From positions 73,660 to 137,659 of the forward strand of contig JBEIJY010000002.1 in NCBI GenBank assembly GCA_040380025.1: DNA of 64,000 nt, given 5' to 3'. Made by a program: the position numbers and the translations under genes. Each line of letters starts with the position of its first letter. The first letter of the stretch is position 1. Of this stretch, positions 38,395 to 46,601 are shown in pieces. The notes beneath the pieces are model-generated. The model searched no databases. It was not told the DNA's origin and saw only the letters and a program-made list of their open reading frames with translations. The DNA comes from Bdellovibrionales bacterium. Lineage in GTDB: Bacteria; Bdellovibrionota; UBA1018; CAIMNF01.

Positions 38395-40767
38395 TTACCA
38401 ATAGGGCACCGTCCGGTAGAACACCGAGGTGTCGAATCTTTGGGATGCCCCGAAGCCCCATTCCGAGGCCCGCTGGCTGAATCCCATGGTCATGAACAGC
38501 GTCTCATCGGCGAGGAGCTTCGCGCTCAGTTTCCGTTCGAGCGGGTCAGGGGAGTTCGGATCGAGAGTGATCGAATTCAAACCCTCTTTGAACTTCAGAT
38601 GCCGGTTGTAGACGATCACCTCGATCGCATCTTTTTTGTGTCGTCTCGACATCGGCTGAATCCGAAAGTACAAAAACTCCGGCGTTTTGCTCAAATTGAA
38701 GTGAATCACGGTTCTTCCAAGCGCATCACGCGAAGAATAGAACGACCGCACGAGGGCCTCGGGGTCTTGCGCGGTCCGTTCGGTCTCGGTTCCCATTCCC
38801 ATCGATTGCGACGAGATCCGGAGCGTGTTTTCCATCGCGGTCGGCGTGTGCCCGCGCACCTGGATGTTCCCGAAGGCCGGATTCTGCGCCACCAAGAACC
38901 GTTCATAGGTGCCGTTCGGGAGTCCCTCCATCAGCAGAATCGGATACAACTCCGAACGCCCCTGATTGGCAAAAAGACGCGTGAGTGCCGCATGTTCGGC
39001 CTGTGCATCCCCGCGAAGAAAAGCTTCGCGCGCCTCCTCGAACCAGCGTTGCTTGAGTCTCAGGCCGAGTCCCTTTGCACGGCGGTCGATTTCTTCCCAC
39101 GGGGTCTCGAGGAAGCGCCGGAGGCCCGAGAGCTTGAAGGTCATTCCGAAGTAAAACGAGCTTCTTCCGTAAAACAGTCGTCTTCCCAGTTTTTTTCCCG
39201 GAGCGGGCGGCGCCCGGCGGGGAAATCGCGGAAAAATCCCTTTCAGTCCCAAATCGGTTTCGACCCGTCCCACGTACCGGTTCAGCGAGGCGGCCATGGT
39301 GTAAGAGTCATCGATGGAGTTCTCGGACATCAGCACGAACGAGTCCTCGAGCTTCTCGCGGAACGCCTGATCATCGATCAGAATCGAGGTGCGATGGGTG
39401 ACGCGTTCCCCGCTTCCGACAAAATCGTATTCCCGCGAGCGGGACTTCACGGACTGAAAAAATCGCTTCTCTCCGTCCGGGAGTTCGATCTCGGTCGTGA
39501 TTTTTTGCGAGCCCCGCGCGACACTGAACCGGATCACCGGGCTTGCACGCCCGCTGAATTCGGCGTTGTGGAGGTGCCGGTCGGTTTTTCGGCGGTACAA
39601 CCGCTCGACCGGAGGTCGCCCTTCTTCGGGTATCATCGCAGAGAGCTCGCTTGACCGGATGAACGAGCCCAGCACCGCACGATGATACGCATCCCTTCCC
39701 TCGGGCGACTCGAGATCGTAGCGGTATCCGACATCGAGGCCGATCTCGCGCGCATTGGTCGCCGTGAACTGAAACGGCGTGATGGTGGGGCTCAGGCGTC
39801 CCACGGTGGTTTCGATGCTCGAACCTTTGAACAGAACAAATCCTTGAAATACCCCCGGAAAGCCAAGTCTTGTTCCCGCCGTGACCTTGAGCTGATCGCC
39901 CTTCAGGCGGCTGATCCGGACTTTCGCGTAGCGATCGTCTTCTTTCATGATCGCGATCTGGTAACTGCCCGTAAAATGGAACTCCACGCCGACTCCCGCG
40001 TAGCCCTCGATCAGGGGTACGGGCGACACATTCCAGCCGAAATCCCCCCCGAAGCCCGCGGTGCCCGAGACGGTGTAGCTGATGATCTCGTTCTTCTTCA
40101 TGCGCTTCTTCACGCAGTTCGCATGAAAGGGGATTTTGAAGGGGAGCTTTACGAGATTCAACACATCCCGGAGCTTTACCCGCATCGCCGCATCGAGCGG
40201 ACTGGAGTTCAGGTACGGGTTCAGGTCTTCGATGTCGGCCTCGTCGCCCGGGCCCGCGTTCTCGAAATCGAGGGCCTCCTTGGTGCGGGCTTTTTCGGGG
40301 CTCATCTGCCGGATGTTCCGGATCTCGAATGAGCCATCGACCCCGAGGCGCATTCCGCCCACGGGGAACTGCAGAACCTGATCGGGAATCCGCTCGGGGG
40401 GGCCCACGGTCAGGTCCGCGCCGACGATGCGCGAAGCGAGGCGGATCGAGAACGAGTCGATCACCGTCCAGGTGTTCAGGGTGTCGTAGTTGTTGAAGAT
40501 GTTGCGTCCGATGCGGACCGCGCCCGAGCCGATTCCGGGAATGTCGCTGTCATACAGGGGAATCGAGGTGTTTCCGTCGAAGAGGGCGTTCACGATCCGG
40601 TATTCGAGGGCTTCGCCCCGGGTCATCGAGGATTGGTAGAACTCCTCGGGCCAGGGTCTTGGCTGGAAGTCGAAGCCCGGCGGAGGAGGGCGCGGCACTT
40701 CGATTTGTGCGAGCGCGATCCCCGGCATGGCCAGCAATGCCGCAAAGAAAATGCGAAGCAAATTCAC
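38395..40767 (-). CDS. large secreted hypothetical protein (790 aa)
   Basis: Signal peptide MNLLRIFFAALLAMPGIALA. No recognisable family. The antisense ORFs across it are Arg-rich artefacts. Confidence 0.65.
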   Translation of the reverse strand: MNLLRIFFAALLAMPGIALAQIEVPRPPPPGFDFQPRPWPEEFYQSSMTRGEALEYRIVNALFDGNTSIPLYDSDIPGIGSGAVRIGRNIFNNYDTLNTWTVIDSFSIRLASRIVGADLTVGPPERIPDQVLQFPVGGMRLGVDGSFEIRNIRQMSPEKARTKEALDFENAGPGDEADIEDLNPYLNSSPLDAAMRVKLRDVLNLVKLPFKIPFHANCVKKRMKKNEIISYTVSGTAGFGGDFGWNVSPVPLIEGYAGVGVEFHFTGSYQIAIMKEDDRYAKVRISRLKGDQLKVTAGTRLGFPGVFQGFVLFKGSSIETTVGRLSPTITPFQFTATNAREIGLDVGYRYDLESPEGRDAYHRAVLGSFIRSSELSAMIPEEGRPPVERLYRRKTDRHLHNAEFSGRASPVIRFSVARGSQKITTEIELPDGEKRFFQSVKSRSREYDFVGSGERVTHRTSILIDDQAFREKLEDSFVLMSENSIDDSYTMAASLNRYVGRVETDLGLKGIFPRFPRRAPPAPGKKLGRRLFYGRSSFYFGMTFKLSGLRRFLETPWEEIDRRAKGLGLRLKQRWFEEAREAFLRGDAQAEHAALTRLFANQGRSELYPILLMEGLPNGTYERFLVAQNPAFGNIQVRGHTPTAMENTLRISSQSMGMGTETERTAQDPEALVRSFYSSRDALGRTVIHFNLSKTPEFLYFRIQPMSRRHKKDAIEVIVYNRHLKFKEGLNSITLDPNSPDPLERKLSAKLLADETLFMTMGFSQRASEWGFGASQRFDTSVFYRTVPYW

Positions 40768-40836
40768 CCTCCCGAATGAACGATCCCGACAGCACCGTAA
40801 ACCGGATTGATGTACCGAGTCGAGGGATTTTCAAAA

Positions 40837-41027
40837 CTGCTCCATTTGATTGCGCCTCATTTGGAATTTGGGTTGAGAATGCACCCGAACAGAAAAACGA
40901 TTTTGCCTCCGAGCCGGGTCCTCCGGCCTCGCTTTCGCCATCCTGGCTCGCGAGAGTCGGCAAACTCCTTTTTCTGCCCGGGTACATTCTCAACCCAAGT
41001 TCCGATGGGCACAATCAAATGGGGCAG
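40837..41027. repeat. about 190-bp imperfect palindromic element, copy 2 (conserved core 40901..40939)
   Basis: Left arm CTGCTCCATTTGATTGCGCCTCATTTGGAATTTGGGTTGAGAATG is almost the exact reverse complement of right arm CATTCTCAACCCAAGTTCCGATGGGCACAATCAAATGGGGCAG. The core TTTTGCCTCCGAGCCGGGTCCTCCGGCCTCGCTTTCGCC is shared with copy 1. Confidence 0.8.
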
Positions 41028-41046
41028 TTTGTGGTATACGGCCTCG

Positions 41047-42003
41047 ATGGAATTTCAAATCCTGATGACCAATCTCACGAATCCGACTCTTTTGTTTTTT
41101 GTTCTCGGTGCCTTTGCGGCACTCGTAAAGAGCGATCTCGAGATCCCTCCCCACACGATCAAGTTCATCTCGCTCTATTTGTTGTTCTCGATCGGATTCC
41201 GAGGCGGGCAGGAGCTCGCGCACAGCGGCTTCACCACCGAGGTCCTGCTGGCCCTCGGCTTTGGCGTCGTGCTGGCGACCGTGATTCCGATTTTCTTGTT
41301 TTTTGCGCTCAAAAGACGATTCTCGGTGGCCGATGCCGGCGCCATTGCCGCCACCTACGGATCGGTGAGCGCCGTGACCTTCGTGGCCGCGAACTCGTTT
41401 TTGGAGTTTCAGGGTCTCCATGCCGGGGGGCACATGGTGGCAGTCATGGCCGCGATGGAGGCTCCCGCGATCATCGTCGGGGTTTCGCTGATCAGCTGGT
41501 ACGACCGGAGTACGCCGGTGTCGTTCAAGACGGTGCTTCATCACTCGCTCACGAACGGGAGCATCCTGATGGTGGTGGGGAGCCTCGTGATCGGTCTGAT
41601 TGCCGATGCCAAGCAGGCCGAGGGGATCCGGCCGTTCGCTTCAGATATCTTCAAGGGGTTTCTTGCGATCTTTCTGCTCGAGATGGGCATGGTCACCGTG
41701 AACCGGATCCGGACCTTTCTGCGCTATGGACCAGTGGCCTCGATCATCTCGACCGTGGTGCCGCTCTTGAACGGGGGCGTGGTCGCGTACGTGAGCCAAT
41801 GGGTCACGGCCGATCCGGCGAACCGGTTTATGTTCTCGATTCTCGCCGCGAGCGGGTCTTACATTGCGGTTCCGGCCACCCTCCGGCTCGCGGTCCCGAA
41901 GGCCGATCCAGGCCTGTACATTCCGATGGCGCTCGGAATCACCTTCCCGGTGAACCTTACGATCGGAATGCCGTTTTATTTTTGGATCGTGCACCGTCTC
42001 TAG
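41047..42003 (+). CDS. SbtA-like (DUF897) sodium-dependent bicarbonate-transporter-family permease
   Basis: About ten TM helices with two internal repeats, typical of the SbtA family. The ATG at 41047 follows the palindromic element. Confidence 0.7.
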   Translation: MEFQILMTNLTNPTLLFFVLGAFAALVKSDLEIPPHTIKFISLYLLFSIGFRGGQELAHSGFTTEVLLALGFGVVLATVIPIFLFFALKRRFSVADAGAIAATYGSVSAVTFVAANSFLEFQGLHAGGHMVAVMAAMEAPAIIVGVSLISWYDRSTPVSFKTVLHHSLTNGSILMVVGSLVIGLIADAKQAEGIRPFASDIFKGFLAIFLLEMGMVTVNRIRTFLRYGPVASIISTVVPLLNGGVVAYVSQWVTADPANRFMFSILAASGSYIAVPATLRLAVPKADPGLYIPMALGITFPVNLTIGMPFYFWIVHRL

Positions 42004-42248
42004 GTTTAAAGGCCGATAAATTCGATCTGATAATCAAAGTTGATTCACGAATAAAAAAACTAAAGGTTTCTGAACTCATGCCGAAAGGAAGGTGTCTGAG
42101 CTGGAGGTGCTTTGGTGGGTACTCAAAGGCTCGGGCACTTGACTGGGGGCCGTTCCACTTTTTGAAACGAAGGAACCAAGACTGAGGTGGTTCCGACGGG
42201 TACAGCGAGGTGGTGACGGCTCCTTTTTTTTTCGCTAGTCTCAGATCC

Positions 42249-42686
42249 ATGTCCATTCGAGTCAGCCTGAACCACATCGGGATCGCCACCGAGCGGGGGA
42301 ATACCCGTCTCGAAACCCTGTTTCGTCTTTTGAATATCCGTCACGCCGAAAGCGAAGTCGTCGAAGAGCAGGGGGTGAATGTGCACTTTTTCGAGCTTCA
42401 GGGGGAGCCGCCTCACTTGGAGCTTCTTGAGGTCATGGATCCCGAGGGGGCGGTGGCCAAGTTCATCGCCAAGCGCGGGCCGGGGGTGCATCATCTTTCG
42501 TTCCAGGTCGAGTCGGGAGGCCTGGACCCCCTGTGCGAGACCTTAAAAAAAGAGGGATTCCGCTTCATTTACGATTCTCCGCAGCGCGGAGCCCGGAACA
42601 TGCGAATCCATTTCATTCATCCTGCCACTGCGGGCGGGGTGCTCGTCGAACTCATGGAGGCGGCCCATGCCCATCCGGCTCAGTGA
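42249..42686 (+). CDS. methylmalonyl-CoA epimerase / VOC (glyoxalase-fold) family protein
   Basis: LNHIGIAT N-terminal VOC motif and second-module HHLSFQV, ending in His/Glu metal ligands. ATG 42249 lies downstream of a T9 run. Confidence 0.7.
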   Translation: MSIRVSLNHIGIATERGNTRLETLFRLLNIRHAESEVVEEQGVNVHFFELQGEPPHLELLEVMDPEGAVAKFIAKRGPGVHHLSFQVESGGLDPLCETLKKEGFRFIYDSPQRGARNMRIHFIHPATAGGVLVELMEAAHAHPAQ

Positions 42687-43380
42687 GACACTAAAGCGTC
42701 TTTTGATCGTTTATGTCGTCGTATTCGTGATCCAGCAAACGATCGATCAGTTTTTCGGCGGCCATCTGAAGGCCTATCTCGCGCTGATTCCGAACGCGGT
42801 TCTGGGCGGGTATGTCTGGCAGATCCTGACCTACGGTTTTCTTCATGCCGATGTCATGCACCTTCTTTTGAACCTGCTGGTGCTCGCGTTCGTCGGATCC
42901 GACATCGAGTCGGTCTGGGGGCGGAGGAAGTTCCTGATTTACTACTTCTTTTGTGTTCTTTCGGCCGGATTGTTTTATCTGATCGTGCAGTTCCTGATCT
43001 CGAACCCCTTGTACCTGTCGCTTCCCATGTTGGGAGCCTCGGGGGGGATTTATGGCCTTCTGTACGCCTATGGAGTGCTTTTTCCCGACCGCGAGATGCT
43101 TCTCATGATGCTGTTCCCGATCCGGGCGCGGCAGTTTGTCTGGGTTCTGGCGGGGATCGAGTTTTTGCAGGCGATCTACTCCGGACAGGGCGGACTGGGT
43201 GCGATCGCCCATCTTTCGGGCATGGGGGCCGGATTTTTGTACCTGTATTTTGAGGCGCGGGGGCTCCGGCTTCCACGGGGTTCGTCGAATCCGTCCGGCC
43301 CTGCGAAAAAGAAGAACAGTCATCTCCGGCTCGTGAAAGACGAAGACGACCAGACCAAAGGCCCGAAGACCTGGCACTGA
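42667..43380 (+). CDS. rhomboid-family intramembrane serine protease
   Basis: GASGGIYGL catalytic Ser and HLSGMGAGF catalytic His, with six TM helices. Confidence 0.8.
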   Translation: MPIRLSETLKRLLIVYVVVFVIQQTIDQFFGGHLKAYLALIPNAVLGGYVWQILTYGFLHADVMHLLLNLLVLAFVGSDIESVWGRRKFLIYYFFCVLSAGLFYLIVQFLISNPLYLSLPMLGASGGIYGLLYAYGVLFPDREMLLMMLFPIRARQFVWVLAGIEFLQAIYSGQGGLGAIAHLSGMGAGFLYLYFEARGLRLPRGSSNPSGPAKKKNSHLRLVKDEDDQTKGPKTWH

Positions 43381-43458
43381 TCGGTTTTGATCGGTACGGA
43401 TCGGGGGCCGTCCCCCTTGCGTTGACTTATCTGCGGATTTCCTTTATGTTTTGACGCT

Positions 43459-43638
43459 ATGTCATTACTTCACGAAGCCATTTCTGATAAAAAATTCGAC
43501 GTCCGTGTGCTCGAAAAAAACCTGGTCCGCAATGTCGTCACCGACAAAGACGTGAAGTCGTTCGTGGAGCGTCTTCCGGATGATGCCGAGAACGCGACTT
43601 TCATCAGCCTCGACGAGATCGCCGAGCAAAAAAAATAA
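43459..43638 (+). CDS. small hypothetical protein (59 aa), not in ORF track
   Basis: ATG 43459, MSLLHEAISDKKFDVRVLEKNLVRNVVTDKDVKSFVERLPDDAENATFISLDEIAEQKK. Genome-typical codon usage. Lies immediately upstream of trxB on the same strand. Confidence 0.4.
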   Translation: MSLLHEAISDKKFDVRVLEKNLVRNVVTDKDVKSFVERLPDDAENATFISLDEIAEQKK

Positions 43639-43662
43639 TTCCTCGATTCAGAGGGGGTCATC

Positions 43663-44640
43663 ATGAGTCACGCCGCAATCACGCCGGCCCAGCCTCCGGC
43701 AGACGGAATTGAGAACGTTGTCATTTTGGGCACAGGCCCCGCAGGGTTGACCGCGGCCATCTACGCGGCTCGCGCGAATCTCGCCCCTCTTTGTGTCGAG
43801 GGCACTCAGCCCGGCGGACAGCTCACCATCACCACCGATGTCGAGAACTTCCCCGGATTCCCGAACGGTGTCATGGGACCCGAACTCATGCAGGGCTTTC
43901 GTTCCCAAGCAGAGCGTTTCGGCACCCGCTTCAAAACGGGCGATGTCCAGGCGGTGGATCTAAAGCAACGGCCTTACTCCCTGAGTCTCGCTGATGGCTC
44001 AATCGTGAAGACCCGGACCTTGATCATCTCGACTGGTGCATCGGCGAAGTTGCTCGGACTGAAGAACGAATCCCGCCTCATGGGGCGCGGAGTTTCGGCA
44101 TGCGCCACGTGCGACGGATTCTTTTTTCGCAACCAGGACATCGCGATCGTGGGCGGTGGCGATACGGCCATGGAAGAGGCGAATTTCCTGACCCGGTTTG
44201 CAAAGTCCGTGACGCTCATCCATCGGCGCGATACCTTTCGCGCCTCGAAGGTCATGCAGGACCGCACCCGCCGGAATCCGAAAATCCGCTTTATTCTCGA
44301 CACCGCGGTCGAAGACGTCCTGGGCGAGAATGAGGTGACCGGACTGAAGCTGCGGAATCTGAAGACGGGCGAAGCGAGCGAGCTTCCCGTGACCGGATTC
44401 TTCGTGGCCATCGGGCACCAACCGAACACCAAGCTCTTCCAGGACCAGCTCGAGATGAACGATGCCGGATATCTCGTGATTCAGGCCGGAACGACGAAGA
44501 CGCGCATTCCCGGCGTTTTTGCTGCGGGCGACGTGGCCGACCCTGTGTATCGGCAGGCGGTCACCGCGGCAGGTACGGGTTGCATGGCCGCGATCGATGC
44601 CGAACGGTATCTCGAGAGCGAACACTCGGGCTCCCACTAG
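43663..44640 (+). CDS. trxB: thioredoxin-disulfide reductase
   Basis: GTGPAG FAD motif, CATCDG redox-active disulfide and a GGGDTA NADPH motif. Confidence 0.9.
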   Translation: MSHAAITPAQPPADGIENVVILGTGPAGLTAAIYAARANLAPLCVEGTQPGGQLTITTDVENFPGFPNGVMGPELMQGFRSQAERFGTRFKTGDVQAVDLKQRPYSLSLADGSIVKTRTLIISTGASAKLLGLKNESRLMGRGVSACATCDGFFFRNQDIAIVGGGDTAMEEANFLTRFAKSVTLIHRRDTFRASKVMQDRTRRNPKIRFILDTAVEDVLGENEVTGLKLRNLKTGEASELPVTGFFVAIGHQPNTKLFQDQLEMNDAGYLVIQAGTTKTRIPGVFAAGDVADPVYRQAVTAAGTGCMAAIDAERYLESEHSGSH

Positions 44641-44664
44641 GCGGGATTCTCTCAAGGAGGGGCA

Positions 44665-45912
44665 GTGAGCTCAACGCGTCTCAAGCTGTCGCTCGAAATC
44701 GCACTCCGCTTCCTCGTTTCGAAAAGTCGCGGGAATTTTCTCTCTTTCATTTCTTTGGTTTCGATCTCAGGCGTCTGCATCGGCGTTCTGGCCCTTCTCG
44801 TGGTGACCAGTGTGGTGAACGGCTTTGAGAACGAGCTCACGCGCGTGATCTCCGGCACGCAAGGCGATGTGCTTTTTTACACCCGTGGCGCTCCGATCCG
44901 GGACCGGAAGGATCTCGAGCGCAAGATCCGCGAGCTTTCCCCGCAAGCGGGTTCCATCACCGGCTCGTTCGTGAGCGAGGTGATGTTCCACGGTCCCGAA
45001 GGCGTTGCCGGCGGGGTTCTTGAGGGAGTGGATCTTCCGACCTGGCCCTCGGTCATCGAAATCAAAAGCAGGATCCAAGGCGAGGGCGCATTGCCCGAAA
45101 AGGACGAAGAGATTCTTCTCGGCTCCGCCCTGGCCGAGCGCCTGGGCGTGAAAATCGGGGATTCGATCCGCGTGATTCTTCCGTTTTCGAGCATGGACGA
45201 GGACGAGAGCGGAGCGGGAACCCCGAAGGTCCAGGATTTCAGGCTGGTCGGGATCGTGCACCTCGGAATGTATGATTACGATTCGAAGTATGCGTACGCG
45301 CCTCTTCCCTCGGTTCAGCGGTTGGTCTACGGCGAGGATCGCGATTTCATCACGACCTTCCGAATGAGGCTCGAGGAACCCTCGATGGCGGCGTCCGTGG
45401 CGCAAGGGCTTTCCGGGCATTTCGGTTACCCGTACCGGGTGCGCGACTGGAGCCAGCTGAATCGCAATCTTCTTTATGCGATCCGGCTCGAAAAGGCCGT
45501 GATCGCCGTTCTGCTCACGGCGATCATGGTGGTGGCGGCCTTCAATGTGATCAGTGCGCTCCTGATGATGGTCCACGAAAAAGAAAAAGAGATCGCAATT
45601 CTCCGGGTGCTCGGAGTCCGCATGCGGGATCAGTTCTATCTGTTTTCGCTGATCGGTTCTTTTTTGGGCCTTGCGGGGACGGTTTTGGGAACCGTGCTCG
45701 GGCTGATCGCGACCTGGGTTCTGCGAAGCTCGCAGTTCATCCGGCTGCCGGCCGAGGTGTATCACCTCGAATACCTCCCGGTGATCATCCGCTGGACGGA
45801 GTGGTGCGCGATCGGCGTGCTCGCGTTCTTGATTTGTTTTTTGGCAACCGTGGGACCTGCTGCGCGGATCGCGCGCAGGAGCCCTGTCGAGGGACTGAGA
45901 TGGACAACGTGA
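44665..45912 (+). CDS. lolC: lipoprotein-releasing system permease (FtsX-like, LolC/LolE family)
   Basis: N-terminal TM, large periplasmic domain and three C-terminal TMs. Upstream of lolD. Confidence 0.8.
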   Translation: MSSTRLKLSLEIALRFLVSKSRGNFLSFISLVSISGVCIGVLALLVVTSVVNGFENELTRVISGTQGDVLFYTRGAPIRDRKDLERKIRELSPQAGSITGSFVSEVMFHGPEGVAGGVLEGVDLPTWPSVIEIKSRIQGEGALPEKDEEILLGSALAERLGVKIGDSIRVILPFSSMDEDESGAGTPKVQDFRLVGIVHLGMYDYDSKYAYAPLPSVQRLVYGEDRDFITTFRMRLEEPSMAASVAQGLSGHFGYPYRVRDWSQLNRNLLYAIRLEKAVIAVLLTAIMVVAAFNVISALLMMVHEKEKEIAILRVLGVRMRDQFYLFSLIGSFLGLAGTVLGTVLGLIATWVLRSSQFIRLPAEVYHLEYLPVIIRWTEWCAIGVLAFLICFLATVGPAARIARRSPVEGLRWTT

Positions 45913-46586
45913 TTCTAAGGGCCCGCGGCCTCTATCGGGAGTTCAAGAAAGAAAAAGAGCGCATTCCGGTGGTGAAGGGCGTCTCGCTCGATCTCGCCGC
46001 CGGAGACTGCGTTGCCATCATGGGCTCCTCGGGAGCGGGCAAGTCCACGCTCCTGCACATGCTGGGAACCCTTGACCGTCCGACGAGCGGGGAGCTTGCG
46101 TTCGCTCCTTTGTTTTCGGATGTGTGGAAGCTGTCCGATGAGGCGCTCTCGGATTTCCGGAACCGGAACATCGGGTTTGTGTTTCAGTTCCATTATCTTC
46201 TGCCCGAGTTCACGGCGCTCGAGAATGTCATGATGCCCGCCTTGATTTCGGGAATGGCCCGTCCCGAGGCCGAGACGAGGGCCCGGGGGCTTTTGGAGTT
46301 CGTGGGGCTCGGAAGCCGGCTCGAGCACAAGCCGGGCGAGCTCTCGGGCGGGGAACAGCAGCGGGTGGCGATCGCGCGAGCGGTGATTTTGAAGCCCAGA
46401 ATCCTCCTGGGCGATGAGATGACCGGGAATCTCGACTCCGAGAACAGCAAGAAGGTCATCGATCTGCTGCTCGACCTGAACCGGCAGTTCGGGATCGCGA
46501 TTCTGATCGTGACCCACGATCCCGAGGTCGCGGCCCGGATGAAGCGGGTGATCACGATGAAAGATGGAAAAATCACCAGTTCGTGA
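45900..46586 (+). CDS. lolD: lipoprotein-releasing system ATP-binding protein
   Basis: Walker A GSSGAGKST, LSGGEQQR signature and Walker B ILLGDE. ATG 45900 (MDNVILRA) overlaps the lolC end. Confidence 0.85.
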   Translation: MDNVILRARGLYREFKKEKERIPVVKGVSLDLAAGDCVAIMGSSGAGKSTLLHMLGTLDRPTSGELAFAPLFSDVWKLSDEALSDFRNRNIGFVFQFHYLLPEFTALENVMMPALISGMARPEAETRARGLLEFVGLGSRLEHKPGELSGGEQQRVAIARAVILKPRILLGDEMTGNLDSENSKKVIDLLLDLNRQFGIAILIVTHDPEVAARMKRVITMKDGKITSS

Positions 46587-46601
46587 TACGAAGTAGGTCC
46601 C

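Noticed and set aside
40659-42185. 508-aa plus-strand ORF; and the shared GESEAGGPGSEAK peptide seen in ORFs 37508.. and 40550..
   Set aside because: It has Arg/Gly-rich antisense-type composition and overlaps the SbtA-like gene. The shared peptide is a translation through the conserved 39-nt DNA core of the palindromic repeat, not a protein family.
42075-42236. Possible SRP (4.5S) or 6S RNA
   Set aside because: It lacks the conserved SRP domain-IV motif (GGAA tetraloop within the AGGAAGCAGC context), and no convincing long-range pairing was found by eye. It is kept only as a low-interest structured segment.
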